Shown: in pieces, positions 34,231 to 46,989 of the stretch
Layout: the number at the start of each line of letters is the position of its first letter
Position numbering within the stretch: the first letter of the stretch is position 1
Assembly: GCA_038087875.1 (NCBI GenBank)
Contig: CM075982.1
Coordinates: forward strand, 12,648,001-12,712,000
Direction: 5' to 3'
DNA: 64,000 nt
From: Malacoraja senta
Lineage: Eukaryota
Notes under the pieces: model-generated
Database searches by the model: none
Told to the model about the DNA's origin: nothing
What the model saw: only the letters and a program-made list of their open reading frames with translations
Made by a program: the position numbers and the translations under genes

Positions 34231-34957
34231 GCTAAAAGTGAAGAAAAAGTCCCTCTTCCTGTGCCCTTGTGTTGTTGGTTTGGTGAGTATGTGGGCTCCG
34301 TGGCTTCTTTGCTTTATAATTTGAAGTGTAAATTTGATGAGAGGACGAACGTGGATGATTGCTGGCCTGTTAGCGATCGACATCAGGCAAGCAGCTGCAG
34401 CAATAGACACTACGTTGTTTTCAGTTAATTTATAGATTGGCATAAAATGTTAGGACTTCCTATGTTCAAGTGATCCATTGGTCCCAACTCTACGCTGTCC
34501 ACTCTTCCCTTAATGTACAGCATGTTTGTTAAATCCCAATGTTAGAAAGAGCATGTTTAAAAGGTATCCGTTGGTACTGAAGAACATTGTCCATGAGATA
34601 ATTGCTTTGGAGGTGTCATCCATCAACAATGTTTGGTACAAATGAGCAATACAAAGCATATGCAGTGCTTGACATTCCCGATGCTTTGTAATGTTGAAAG
34701 AACAACCAGCTTTGAAAACTGGTACTAGATTTTATTATAGTATAAATTAATTTTAACACTAACCAATTCTGAGATGTTTGCATTTCAAATTGTTAAGGAA
34801 TGATTTAAGTTTTCTGGGACGTAACGGCCTTGATGTCTTGCCAGTGTTCTAAAATGCACAGATAGCAGAGTCACTTTATAATGCAATTCTCCTACTTGTT
34901 GATGCTGGAAAACAGCCCCTAAAAGAGTGAACCATGAACAACCTTCAAATCGTAAGG

Positions 34958-34989
34958 AGGGGGGAGGGGGGGGGGGGGGGGGGGGGAGG
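34958..34989 (+). repeat. Poly-G tract (G-quadruplex-capable)
   Basis: Direct read of the sequence. Confidence 0.9.
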
Positions 34990-35997
34990 TGAAGCCTACT
35001 CCTGAGAATTCCTGCAAAACATCTGAGATGAGAAGCAGTATTTTACAAAGCTGTGCCAGAACAATCCCCAACAAAACACTACATAGTGTTCCACTGACAT
35101 GATGTTATATACATTATATGTTATGACTGGCATCAATGGTAACAGGCAAACAAATCTCCCAGATGTGGAGTCTGACTTTATTTCGTGCAGAACATGGAAC
35201 TGTTAAATATAGATTTATTTTTCTCCAACCTCTCCCAGTGTGGCTGACCTGTTCTACAGCAAAGATATAGGGAGGGCCTCATCTAATCCCTTCTCCAGCA
35301 TCTAATTGTGCAAAGGTAAACTCGGATAATGGAAGAACTGGGGGCTATTTGACTGCATGGCATCATTTCAGAATCTGAGAACTCCAGGTACACAATATCA
35401 GACATCAACGGGGAGATAAATGGACCTTTAGAGACTAGAGAAGGCAACTAACGTACCTCCTTCATCTCGATGCAAGCGTATAATGTGAAATTAAAAAACA
35501 AATTGCCCTAGCTATAACGATTACAAAATTACCAGATTGTTGTTAAGACATCTGGTTTACTGAAATCTTATAGGGTGAGGGAGTCTGCTGACCTTTCCCT
35601 GTCTGACCCCAGCCCCACAATAATGTGGTTGACTCCAAAAGGGGCAAGCTACAGGGCAATTAGATATGGATAATAAATGCTTCCCTGCCAGCGTGCCCAT
35701 GTTCTGAAAATAAATAATTAAAAACAGAAAGGTGAGTACTTGGGTGTGTTCCACTGATGGAGAGTCTGCTGCTGTTTTCCCCATTCATTGGTCTTCCCAA
35801 TGTGCATTCACTGCACTGGAGAGGACAGAAGAAACCTTTGCAGTACCTTCCACAATGTCAGGGTATCCTAGAGTGTGTTAGTGTCAATGAAATATTTCTA
35901 AAATGAACCAAATTATTCTGTTGTAAGGTAGAATAAAATTACCAATTTATAGCAAACACGCTCTTTGAAACAATAACATGATAAATAATTTTTGGTA

Positions 35998-36125
35998 ATA
36001 ACAAGGAACTGCAGATGCTGGTTTATTTAAAAAAGACACAAAGCGCTCGAGTAACTCAGTGGGTCAAGCAGCATCTCTGGAGAATATGGGTAGGTGACGT
36101 TTCAGGTCGGGACCCTTCTTCAGAT
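35998..36125 (-). mobile_element. Penelope-derived short element
   Basis: acaaggaactgcagatgctgg...gtgacgtttcaggtcgggacccttcttcag. Confidence 0.8.
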
Positions 36126-37059
36126 TGATTGGTATTGGTGAATGTGGAAGAAATGTTGTCTAGGCTGCCAGAGGTAACGTCTACTCTTTTTCCACGTAGC
36201 AGCGTACAAAGGAGCAGGCTACATCTTAGTGTACCCGTTACCAAAGTTAATCCCTCCCTCAATGCTCCCTGAAGTAGCAGCCTGCTCCAGAAATGTGACG
36301 AACTCATAAACGTCCACTCAGAGTGCTACCAGCAGAGTTTCAGTTGACTGCACTGTGATTAATGTGTCTCCCTGGGTCCCTCTGTTCATCACTTGCCCAC
36401 AGTCACAGGACTGAGGTCAGAATTAAGAGCTTCATAAGAACTGTTTGTGTCTTTGCGTGGGTGTTACCCTGGACGTGCCAGTAACCACTGAGCAAGAACA
36501 TTGCTCCGCTGTTCAGTCAACACAGTGGACGGATCTGTCAATTAATATGAATTTAATTCATTCAGAAATCATCCGCTGGTGATAATAGCTTGCGGTGATT
36601 TATTACATTAGTTATGAAGCTCCTGTCTACATTTCGGGCAGTGCTTATACATTCCTGCAGCCCTACAGCTTTTCTTCAGATGTTCAACTCGCCAATGTGA
36701 ATTCAACAATCAAACCCTATCTCCAGTCCCTGAAATCAAATATCAACCCAGAACACAGGCAGACACTTCAATGGCAGCTACCTTTGTGGCAGGGCTCACT
36801 CATATCTACGTACATTAGCACTTAACCATCCGAGCGGAATCGTTTGAAGTTGCCGTGGAGCATTGGTGGAGATACTCGCAATGGAGCAGACAGCCCCCGT
36901 TTGAAACTAAACTGGCTCCATTAGAAAAACAAAACTGCAGCCAGCTTCTTCATCAAAGGAGAAGCTTTCTCTATAAACATCATAGCTTTAGGTTTTTACA
37001 AAAATATAGTTAAACAAATATCAACGGTCCTGGCATCAAAAATATTAATCCCACTCGGC

Positions 37060-37440
37060 TCGAGAGGTAATGATCCTGCTTAATGTTCAGTGGGTTCAAA
37101 GTTCACAGTCTCCTCAGGTCCTTCACAGTAGTTAGATTTAGATAGAAGGTCCGTCAAAGTATTGATGTAGAGCTGCTACCTCCTTGCAGAAGCAAATACT
37201 CAGATTTCCCAAGTGCAAACAAAAAATTCCTTGGTACTATTTCAAAAAAGGTCACCGGGGTTGTTCTGCTTGATATTTATCAGTCACTGTGGTTGAAAAC
37301 AGATTACCTGGACATTGCTATTCACGGAAGCTGGGTTCAGTAGCCTCCTATGATTTCTGCCTGGTAACTGAACTTCAAAGATAGATCACTGGTTTTGAAG
37401 AGGTTGAGAATGGTGTGAAGGGTGCACTATAATGGAGCTT
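37060..37440 (+). mobile_element. Deu-domain SINE relic
   Basis: gatatttatc..aaaacagattacctggacatt..cttcaaag..gtgaagggtgcactataa. Confidence 0.55.
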
Positions 37441-37969
37441 TTATATAAAAGGCAACGATACCAGTACAGAGAGGTTGGAAGAGAGGTCAGAAGGCTGGAG
37501 CAGGTACTCTGGGGGAACTCTACCCATTTGAGTTCTCCTGAGCTGCGCTGATCAAGGCTCCATGGTCGTTCTCATGTCCGCGTCGAACCACCGGATCTCA
37601 GACACAACTGCAATAATAGTTTGCTTCCAAAAAAGTGCTGGAAACACCCGGAGAGTCTGGCAAGTGTTGAGAAAGGGACATATTTAACACTTCAGGTTGA
37701 TGAAGTTTTACTGGGTTTTATAACCTTTCTCACATGCAGAAACAATAGTGGTGTTTGGTCTATTGCCTAACACAAAACGCGGCACCACTGACATGCAAGC
37801 GCTCTCAATAATGGTGCAAAGCATCGACCTAAATGTTACTGCTCAAATCTCTGGATAGAGCTAAGGTTAGCTGCCAGTGCCCATGGCCAAGGGTAATGAA
37901 CTGTCCTCCTTATACCTATGTCATCAATCCTGTTGAGGTGTAGGTTCATATTCAGGTGGAGTGTGCATC

Positions 37970-38245
37970 TCGTTTAGTTTGGTTTATTGACATGTGCACC
38001 GAGGTACAGTGAAAAGCTTTTTTGTAGCATGCTATCCAGTCAGCGGAAAGACTATATATGATTACAATCAAGCCCTCCACAGTGCACAGATACAAGATAC
38101 AGGATAATGGGAATAACGTTTAGTGCAAATTAAAGTCCAGTAAAGTTCAATTAAAAAGAGTCCGAGGGTCTCCAAGGAGGTAGATGGTACCTCAGGACAG
38201 CTCTCTAGTTGGTGAAAGGATGGTTCAGTTGCCTGATAAACAGCT
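37970..38245 (-). mobile_element. Rex1-like LINE 3' end
   Basis: tttagtttggtttattgacatgtgcaccgaggtacagtgaaaagc. Confidence 0.7.
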
Positions 38246-38702
38246 GAGCAGAAACTGTGTTGTTTTTTCACTGTGGTTGGGTTTAGGACGAAGGTTCTTG
38301 GTTGTCACGTGTCATGGAACTGTTCTCAGCATCGAGCGAGATGTTGGAGGGCTGCCCGCACTCCGGGAATTACATCCCACCTTGAACTGGTCTCTGCAGC
38401 GTTGTATCCCAGCGTGGGTTACCTGCTGGAGAAGGACACCCTCCTGGAAACATTCTCCGGGGTTGGGTTAGCACTGGAGGACTGCCAGTACTCATAGTTA
38501 TAGCCTGAGTCAGTGTCTCAGGCAGACAGCAGAAAAATGGAAATGAGAGTGAAGGCCAGCTTGACAAGCTAGTGTTTTAGGCATCTTCCTGTTTCTCACT
38601 CGTGTGTTTTCAAATTGTCTTTGTGTTACTGCTTGGTGCAATTTGTATCTGGAGATACGCAAGATGATGTCACACCGCGGCAACTCTGAGCATGCTCTTC
38701 CC

Positions 38703-38945
38703 AGAGAAACATGGAAAATAGATACAGGAGTAGGCCATTCGGCCCATTCGAGCCAGCACCGCCATTCAATATGATCATGGCTGATCATCCAAAATCAGTA
38801 CCCGATTTCTGCTTTTTCCCCATATCCCTTGCTTCCGTTAGTCCCAAGAGCTAAATCTAACTCTCCACTGGAAACATCCAGTGAATTGGCCTCCACTGCC
38901 TTCTGTGGCAGAGAATTCCTCAGATACACAACTCTCTGGGTGAAA
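38703..38945 (-). mobile_element. CR1 3' end
   Basis: Closely similar to 13340-13570. Confidence 0.85.
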
Positions 38946-40059
38946 AGATCTTCAATCATTCAATACAATCATTCTGTTCTTTGAAATCTCTCTCCCCTTT
39001 GCTCTATCTATTGTATTTGAGTTTGACAATTGTATTAATGTATGGTATATCTAATCTGTTTGGATAGCATGCGCAACAAATTGTTCACTGCAGCTCAGTG
39101 CACATGACAATAATAAACCTAAACTTTCTCTGATGTTAATGGTCAATATTTATTTTCCTCAGGGAAGTCGCATTCGACTCCTGATTCCTTACAGGCAGAT
39201 GCTGGGTTAGAGGCAGACTGGATTCAACACAAGGCTGTGATGGTGCTGGGTTTGGACTTGGCCCCAGTGTTGGCCACATGCATCCCATGGACTGAATGTT
39301 CTGACTCTCTGCACCCGGAGAGCTTCCCATGGATCGGACCGGGCACTGAGATATAACTGAGCCTCGTGCACTGCATGGCCAAGGTCAGAGGCTGAGCTGA
39401 CAGGCTTTTGGAACCCGGAAGGAGGAGGGAGAAAGGGTCTTCTTGTTTGCAGACCTTATTTCTCAAGGCTGTTCGGGGAACCACATCCATCTCAGGCCCT
39501 TAATATCCAGAGGCTGTCCATCAGACATATGCCCAGACTGTTCTGATTGTGGAAATTACAGTTGCTGCCATCTCAAGAATCCCAGTCTCTGAATCATTCC
39601 AGATGGTGGCAGCTGATCTGTTTAATTGCTGCTGTCCTTTGCTGAGTAGATACCTCCTGAGAAACACCCTGCACCTTAGCTGCTGTAGGCATCACCCACA
39701 ATCATCCTGAATATTGAAACCCCAAATCACACTTAGACAAAGCAGTCCTTGAGCTCTTTAAGGGACAGCTGCCTGCACTCTGTGTACAAAGTGAGCATTT
39801 TATGTGAAACCTCATTTTGCAAAAAGAGTTTTCTGCTTCTAACAGCCAATCATTCTCAAGAGCAACACATTGCCCTATCATCACCAGCTGTGCTCATTAG
39901 TGTACACAGAACGATCATTCCAGGTAATTAGATTAATTAATAATCCTTACAGAGGAGTGCCATGATCTACATGGACATACCTGAGAAATAAATCAGAAGC
40001 CATTCTAATGGTGCTGGGCTGGAAGGCTGAGAATTTGTCACTTAAGCTACATCAGAACA

Positions 40060-40963
40060 TGGGTCGGTGGGAACGCTGCGAGCCGGCAGCCCTGCCAGCA
40101 GCGTGTTACTTTTATCTACTTTTATTGTTTTTTTAGTGTGTCTCAATGTGTGCTTTTAATGTTTCTGTGTGTGTCCTGTGTGGGGGGGGTAAGGGGGAAA
40201 CAGTTTTGGTCGCCTCCTCCACGGAGAGGCGACTTTTTCCAGGTCGCCTCCCCCGTGGCCTAACATCGAGGATCGGTGCGGCCTTTCCCGGAGACGCGCC
40301 CGGGGCTTCAGCGGCGGGCGCAGCGATGACTCTTTCGTCGCGGAGCAGGCGAGCCCTCGCCGGGGGGTCGCCGGAGGCGAGCGCTCCGTTCACTGGCCCA
40401 CGGCAGCCTGAAGCCGCAGTCTTAAGAGCTCCAGCTGGCTCGGCGTCCGGAGCCTGGGATCCCTCGTTGGGGACCCCGGAGGTCGGATAAGAGCTCCGAC
40501 CGCCAGCCCGCAGCCAACTTCCAACCGCGGGCGCAGTGGGGACTTACCATACGGAGCGGGATCCCTCGCTGGAGATCCCTGGAGGGGGAGCTCCGACCGC
40601 CGGCCCTGCAGTCTGCGGTGCTTCTGGCTGCGGCGCGGTGGGGACTTTAGATCTTCGACCGCCGCCTGCGGCCTACACCATTCTGAAGCCGCGGTCTCCG
40701 GTAGGGAAGCACCGACTCAGGACTTGCCTGGACTTACCTTGTCTGCACATCTGGACGCCAGCAGCGGCGACTGCGGAGGGTTGTAGTCCAGACCATGGGG
40801 GAAAATGGAGGAGGACTGACCAAAACGTTGTGCCTTCCACACAGTGATGAATGCTGTGGTGGATGTTTGTGTTACATTTTATTGTATATTGTGTGTTCTT
40901 TTTTTTTGTAAAATTCATTTCACTGCACTTTATGTACAAGTGACGAATAAAACTTGACTTGAC
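40060..40963 (+). mobile_element. Near full-length GC-rich non-autonomous retroelement
   Basis: Internal gggatccctcg..gagctccgaccgcc repeats; tail gaataaaacttgacttgac. Confidence 0.75.
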
Positions 40964-41112
40964 AAGTGGTGCTGCCTTGGGCTGCTTATTTGACCATTTA
41001 TTAGGGCGCATGGGAGACCTTGGAAAACTAACACTATTAGCCCAGAGGAACCTGTGGGTCCAGTGAGTTTGCATTGCATGGAGACCTTGGAAAATTAAGG
41101 ATCACAGACCTT

Positions 41113-41388
41113 TACAGCACTTACAACGCCAGAGACCCAGGTTCAATCCTGGCTACGGTTGCTTGTCTGTACGGAGTTTGGACATTCACCCCGTGACCTG
41201 CGTGGGTTTTCTCCGAGATCTTCGCTTTCCTCCCTTACTCCAAAGACGTACAGGTTTGTGGGTAATTGGCTTGGTAAAATTGTAATTGTCTTTAGTATGT
41301 GTAGGGCAGTGTTAATGTGCAGGGATCGCTGGTCGGTGTGGTCTCGATGGGCTGAAGGACCTGTTTCCATACTGAATCTCTAAACTAA
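41113..41388 (+). mobile_element. HE1/V-SINE-like SINE
   Basis: B-box ggttcaatcc, V-domain-like core, ctctaaactaaa tail. Confidence 0.85.
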
Positions 41389-41689
41389 AATATAGGTAAA
41401 TAAGCCATGGAGCAAGAATGCAGACAACGGGAAAGCAAGGGTATCACACATGTTCATCTGCCTTGCAGTCAAATGTGTTTTATATGGTGAGTTGAAGTAA
41501 CATGACATAGTGTGCATCATGAAACCGATAAAGCCTTGAAACCAGCACATTTTCACCTAAAGCATCAAATACAGTGATGTTATAAAAATAAGAAAAATAA
41601 AATCTAGAAAGACCAATTTTCTTTTTCCTATATCCAACGGTGACCCAGAGTACATCATGTCTGAAAGTACTTTATCTGTTGTAATGGAA

Positions 41690-41986
41690 TTTAGTTTAAG
41701 TGCGGGAAATAGGTTCTTTGGCCCACCGAGTTCGCACTGACCAGCGATCCCTGCAAATTAACACTACCCTACACACTAGGGACAATTTATAATTTTGTGA
41801 AGCTAATTAGCCAACAAACCCGTACGTCTTTGGAGTGTGGGAGGAAACCGAAGATCTCGGAGAAAACCCATGCAAGCCACAGGGAGAGCGTACATACTCT
41901 GTACAGACAAGCACCCATAGCCAGGATTGAACCCGGGTCTCCGGCACTATAAGGCAGTAGCTCTACCGCTACGCCACCGTGCCACC
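41690..41986 (-). mobile_element. HE1/V-SINE-like SINE, inverted relative to the 41113 copy
   Basis: Family match. Confidence 0.85.
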
Positions 41987-42448
41987 CAAGGAATGGAGAA
42001 AAGAGAAAAGGGAATTTTGTAAATGTGCAATAATCACACAATGATTCCACAACACTATGATAGTGATAAAAAAATTGTACGTTAATTGAGAATAGAGGTT
42101 GCCCAGAAAAATAGGTAAAACTCTTCTCTGAAACTGTGCCACTGGAATGTTTACATCTGCCAAAGAGGAAAGATGGCGCCTTGGTTTAAAACCTCCAAAA
42201 GAATAACTGGCCAGCTCTCATTCATACTGGCATATCTGGCATATCTGGCACATCCCTGGAATGGGCTTTGAACCACAGCCTCCCAACACCAACAGGTCAA
42301 TCGTTGAGCACAGCTAACACATATTAACTCAGAATTGCTGGTGGAACTATTTCTGTAAGAGAGTGAACTTCCAGAACCCTTTCCCACCATTTCTTCTTTT
42401 TTAACTACTAAAGTTTGCATGAGGTGCAGGAAAAGTTGAGTTGAGGAT

Positions 42449-42757
42449 GTTTAGTTTAGTTTAGTTAGAGGCACAGAGCAGAAACAGGCCCTTCGGCCCA
42501 CCGAGTTCATGGCAACCAGTGATCCCCACATACCAACACTATCCTGCACACTAGGGCAATTTACAAATTTACCAAGCCAATTAGTCTACAAACCTATACA
42601 TCTTTGTAGTGTGGGAGGAGACCGGAGCTTCCGGGAGAAAATCCACGTAGGTCATGGAGAGAATGTACAAACTCCGTACAGACAGCACCCTAGTCATGAT
42701 CGAACCCTTGTTTCTTGTGCAGTGAGGCAGCAGCTCTACCACTGCGCCACGGTGCCG
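42449..42757 (-). mobile_element. HE1/V-SINE-like SINE
   Basis: Family match. Confidence 0.85.
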
Positions 42758-43634
42758 TGTGGGGACTGCATTTTATCCACCAGATGCAGTTGGTTCCTTC
42801 CTAACACATCCCAATGTAAATAAGACAAAGCATTCCATGGAATACCACAACGTGGCTAAAACCCCGCAGAAGGGTAACATCTTTAAGTAAAAGTAAGGAA
42901 CAACGACAGGCACTTTAGGATGAAGATTGGCAAGTGGTCATGGATTTAAACATGCCAGATATTCATAGATTCAAATGTTCCCAATATAAATTATTGTTTT
43001 GGACATTTTCCCTTGGGGTCTCTCCTGCCCAGCTGCAGGCAGCTCCTGAACTTTCTCGCAGTTACTATGCAGCGCCCTAGAACGTCTCAAGGTTTGCTGG
43101 ATGACAAGAGCTCTGACAGAAAGATCAGGCATTGAAGAGGTCAGAGTAGCAGAACAAATCAGGAGTGCACTCCGCACTAATTACTCTCGACATGCAGGAT
43201 TGGAGAATGGCTATAAGTATTCAACTGGGAAAAACTGGAGACCCGAGAAGAGTTTTCTTTTTGGCAGAAATACATAGTCAGGCCTTTATATGTACAAAAT
43301 AGACGTTTGTCTTCAGCAAACAAGAACCAGTTTTAACTCAACATCTGGAAAGCACTAGAGGATGGAACACATGAAGAATTCCCGCAACATCGCCATTTCA
43401 CGGTAAGGAACGTTGAGGCCCCAGAGAAGGTCATCAAGAAGGGTCAAAGCCAAGGTCTTTTGGCGATGTCGTTGTTCAGTGAACTGAATCACCTTTAACC
43501 AGCAAGATGAACACTTAAGGATATTTATGGGTATGGTATTATGAGCTAGGTAAGGACATGAAGATTGAGGGTCCTTGTACAAAATCAGCAAAACTATAGT
43601 TTAAAGAATCTAATTTTGTCTTGCAGTCAGTTTC

Positions 43635-44497
43635 CTCTAGAATGGATTCCAAGCATGGCTTTGTATCCAGCAGGTCATGCCTTATTAGTTTGATCATGTT
43701 TTTCCAGGAAGTGACAAAAGTGATCGATGATGGTAGGGCAGCGGATGTTGTTTACATGGATTTTAGTAAAGCATTTGATATGATTTTCCATGGTAGGTTG
43801 ATCCAGAAGATTAAAACCCATCAGATTCACAGTGACTTGGTCGTATGTATTCGGAACTGGCTTACTGATTGAAGACAGAGGGTTGTGGTGGAATGGCATT
43901 ATATTGACCAGAGGCCTGTGACCAGTGGAGTTTCTCAGGGATCTGTGTTAGGGCCCCTGTTGTTTGTGACATATAAGCTGTTTTTGGAGTGTGGCATACA
44001 GTTCTGTCACCCCGTTGTAGGAAGGATGTTGAGGCTTTGGAGATGGATGCAGAAGAGGTTCTCTTGAATGCTAACTGGAGTAGGGGTTATTAGCTACAAG
44101 AAGGGGTTGACAACCTTGGGTTGTTTTCTGTGGAACACTACAGATTGAGGGGCAGCCTGATATAGTATATAAAGGTATGATAGACATAAACAGGGAAGGG
44201 AATCAGTAGAGTGGGCATTCTTTTTTTCACAGGGTGAAAACGTGAAGGACAAGAGGGTATAGCTTTAAAGTGAGAGGGGCAAGTTTTTTTTTAACAGAAA
44301 GGGTGGTGGGTGCCTGGAACATGCTGCCAAAGGCGGTAGTGGAGGCAGATATGAAAGCGGTGTTTTAGAGTATTTTAGATAGGCACATAAATGTGCAGGG
44401 AGGTATAGGGATCATATGCAGGTAGATGAGAGCTTGTTTGGCACGGACATTGTGGGCCGAAGGGCCTGTTGTGCGATGTATTTTTCTATGTTCTATG
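43635..44497 (+). mobile_element. CR1 fragment with internal deletion
   Basis: KHGFVSSRSCL..DVVYMDFSKAFD..SGVSQGSVLGPLLF; 3' tail. Confidence 0.85.
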
Positions 44498-45059
44498 CCC
44501 TAAGGCTCATGAATAATTTGTCATTGATCTTCTAAAGGAAGCTAGACAAGATGCATGGGTCAGTGGATGGGGCTAATATTCAGTCGCCATAGCAGGTACA
44601 GCAGTCCTCTAGGGTTGCTTTGTGAGTCAAAGGAGAGAGCTTCCAGAATACATTTCCACTATACCTCTTCTTAATTGCATATCCCAAGGGTTTGCATGGG
44701 TGTTGGGGGAGACTGTGAGTGTATGGAGACACATTTGTTCCACAGGATTTCGGTCCTAACTCTTCCTACAACCTCATACATAAATCACTGACATGTGACG
44801 GTATTCCTGGGTGATAATATATAAAGAACTGCAGTAGTATTAAAGCAAATGAAATGCTAAGAGATGCATGCACATAATGTAACTATGCCATCTTTACTCA
44901 TCTTAACAATTACCCCTAAGCATGTTTTCCTCTGTGGCACACCATTCCTTGCTTCATCTTTTGAAAGTGTTGAGATCTTGAAGGATTAGAGCTGCACAGC
45001 TCATTGAAAAGTCTTCTGGTATTTCACCTAAAAAGGACTACCACTCTTGGCGAGGCTGA

Positions 45060-45400
45060 AATAGGAGACATCCAAATCTGGACTCAATATAGTCCATGTT
45101 TTTCCTCAGATGTCTGGGGAAAAAATGGCTGTCCGGTCAAGAGAAACTGCAGCTAATTGCACTGACCTCACTTTTTGACAGAGCACTGTTCTCTTTGGTA
45201 CCTTGCCAATTATTATCTCTCAATAGCCATAGTTAAAACAGATGATCTATTCAACTTAACGTAGCTTACTGTGCGTAAATTAAGCAGCTACACATTTACA
45301 GTGGAACAGTAACTCCAGTTCACATTTACTTGGCTGTAAAACACTTAGGAATATCTTGAGGTTATGAAAGGCCCTATATAAATACAATCCTTTCTTTTTT
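45060..45400 (+). mobile_element. Deu-domain SINE relic
   Basis: gccaattattatctctcaa..taaaacagatgatct..tgtgcgtaaatt..ttggctgtaaaacact..gaaaggccctatataaatacaa. Confidence 0.65.
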
Positions 45401-46141
45401 TCCTCTCCCAGATGTAATTAGTAGACCCAGATTCCTGGGACCAATTCCTTCCTGGTATAGCATTACATTGCCACTCTATAGATAAACTTTCTGAGCCACT
45501 TTGCGAGCTTTACGCTTGAATGATCCCTTGTCGGGGCCAATTTTGATCCTAATCCTTCTTAATCTGTGTGGTCTGTCCTCATTATTTGTCTTAGGTCCTG
45601 CTCTGCTAAAGTTATTGAGATGGAGAACGTTGCTGGATTCAAAAGCAATGAGGTGTAATCAAATAGAATGGGCGAGATTTGGAGAGAAGGAAGAGACACA
45701 TAAAGATCAAACAAAGTATACACAGCTTCTTTGAACCTAATATATGGTTCTTTATTTCTGAAAGTAAAAAGTAATAACGTTTTTGGTTATCTGAAAACAG
45801 AAGGTGAGCTTTGTTCAGCTAAACAGAATAATTCCAGAACAAAATATTGGGTTGTATCCCAGGATACCAAAGACTGTTCTTTGTTATATGTACGTTGCTC
45901 TATTGGATTCTGGGTCTCCATCTACAGGACAATAAGGTGTATTTCTGCAATTAACTGAGAGACTTTGTCCAACAAGTACCTGGCAACTTATTTCAGTTCT
46001 CTTTAAAACAAACAGTACAAATGATTCCCCTGCCACTTATTCAATTGATGATTCTTGCACAAACTCCATCTCAAGAGAAAGAAGACTACTAACCTGAAGG
46101 GAAGTTTCTAAGGCAGGCATGCTACCATTATAATTATGATC

Positions 46142-46480
46142 ACCGTTTGACCTGTTTTTACAAAATGTTAAATGGTCAGCTCAACATAGATTACAAGACC
46201 TACACCAAACCCAAACCAATTAGGAGCAGACGAGGACATTCGATCCAATTTGAGATTCCAGCTACCAAGACAGATGTGTACAGCAATTCATTCTTCCCCC
46301 GCACAATTAAAGCATGGAATAATCTCCACCCTACCATAGTTACCCAACCAGATGCAACTAAATTTAAGGTAGCTCTTTCTTCCCAAAAACCCTTTCTGGC
46401 TTAAGTCCTCCCTCCACCACCTCCAGTTTAAATTCCATTTGGAATATTTTGGAGGACCAAGAAACCAAGAACCAAGATCA
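46142..46480 (+). mobile_element. CR1/L2-superclade LINE 3' end of a distinct family with (CCAAGA)n-like tail
   Basis: Open frame LTCFYKMLNG..RSRRGHS..YSNSFFPRTIKAWNNL..KFK. Confidence 0.8.
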
Positions 46481-46789
46481 CATCCTCCTCTGTACAGATA
46501 TGTTTTGGCAGGGTGTAAGCAATGTTTCACCGGGAAATGTACTGTGTGCCAGTTTCATGTCTCTCCATGAACATCTGACTGTTACATATTGCAGATGTAA
46601 AAACTTCAAGCGGGGCAAACCTGGTCCGAGTAGCAGTGTCCACCTTCACTCACTTGGAGCCCCCAACAATGAAGCCATACCCACCAAGGCACCACGGGCT
46701 TATGCTACACTACCCAGCAGAACTTTTGCTGAGAGGCACAGCGCAGAACTTCCAGTGAGAAGGGCTGTTGGCTGAAATTTCTTCCTTGG

Positions 46790-46989
46790 NNNNNNNNNNN
46801 NNNNNNNNNNNNNNNNNNNNNNNNNNNNNNNNNNNNNNNNNNNNNNNNNNNNNNNNNNNNNNNNNNNNNNNNNNNNNNNNNNNNNNNNNNNNNNNNNNNN
46901 NNNNNNNNNNNNNNNNNNNNNNNNNNNNNNNNNNNNNNNNNNNNNNNNNNNNNNNNNNNNNNNNNNNNNNNNNNNNNNNNNNNNNNNNN
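46790..46989. other. Assembly gap (200 N)
   Basis: Run of N. Confidence 1.

Noticed and set aside
41008-41098. About 22-bp direct repeat gcatg(g)gagaccttggaaaa
   Set aside because: Short local duplication with no further structure
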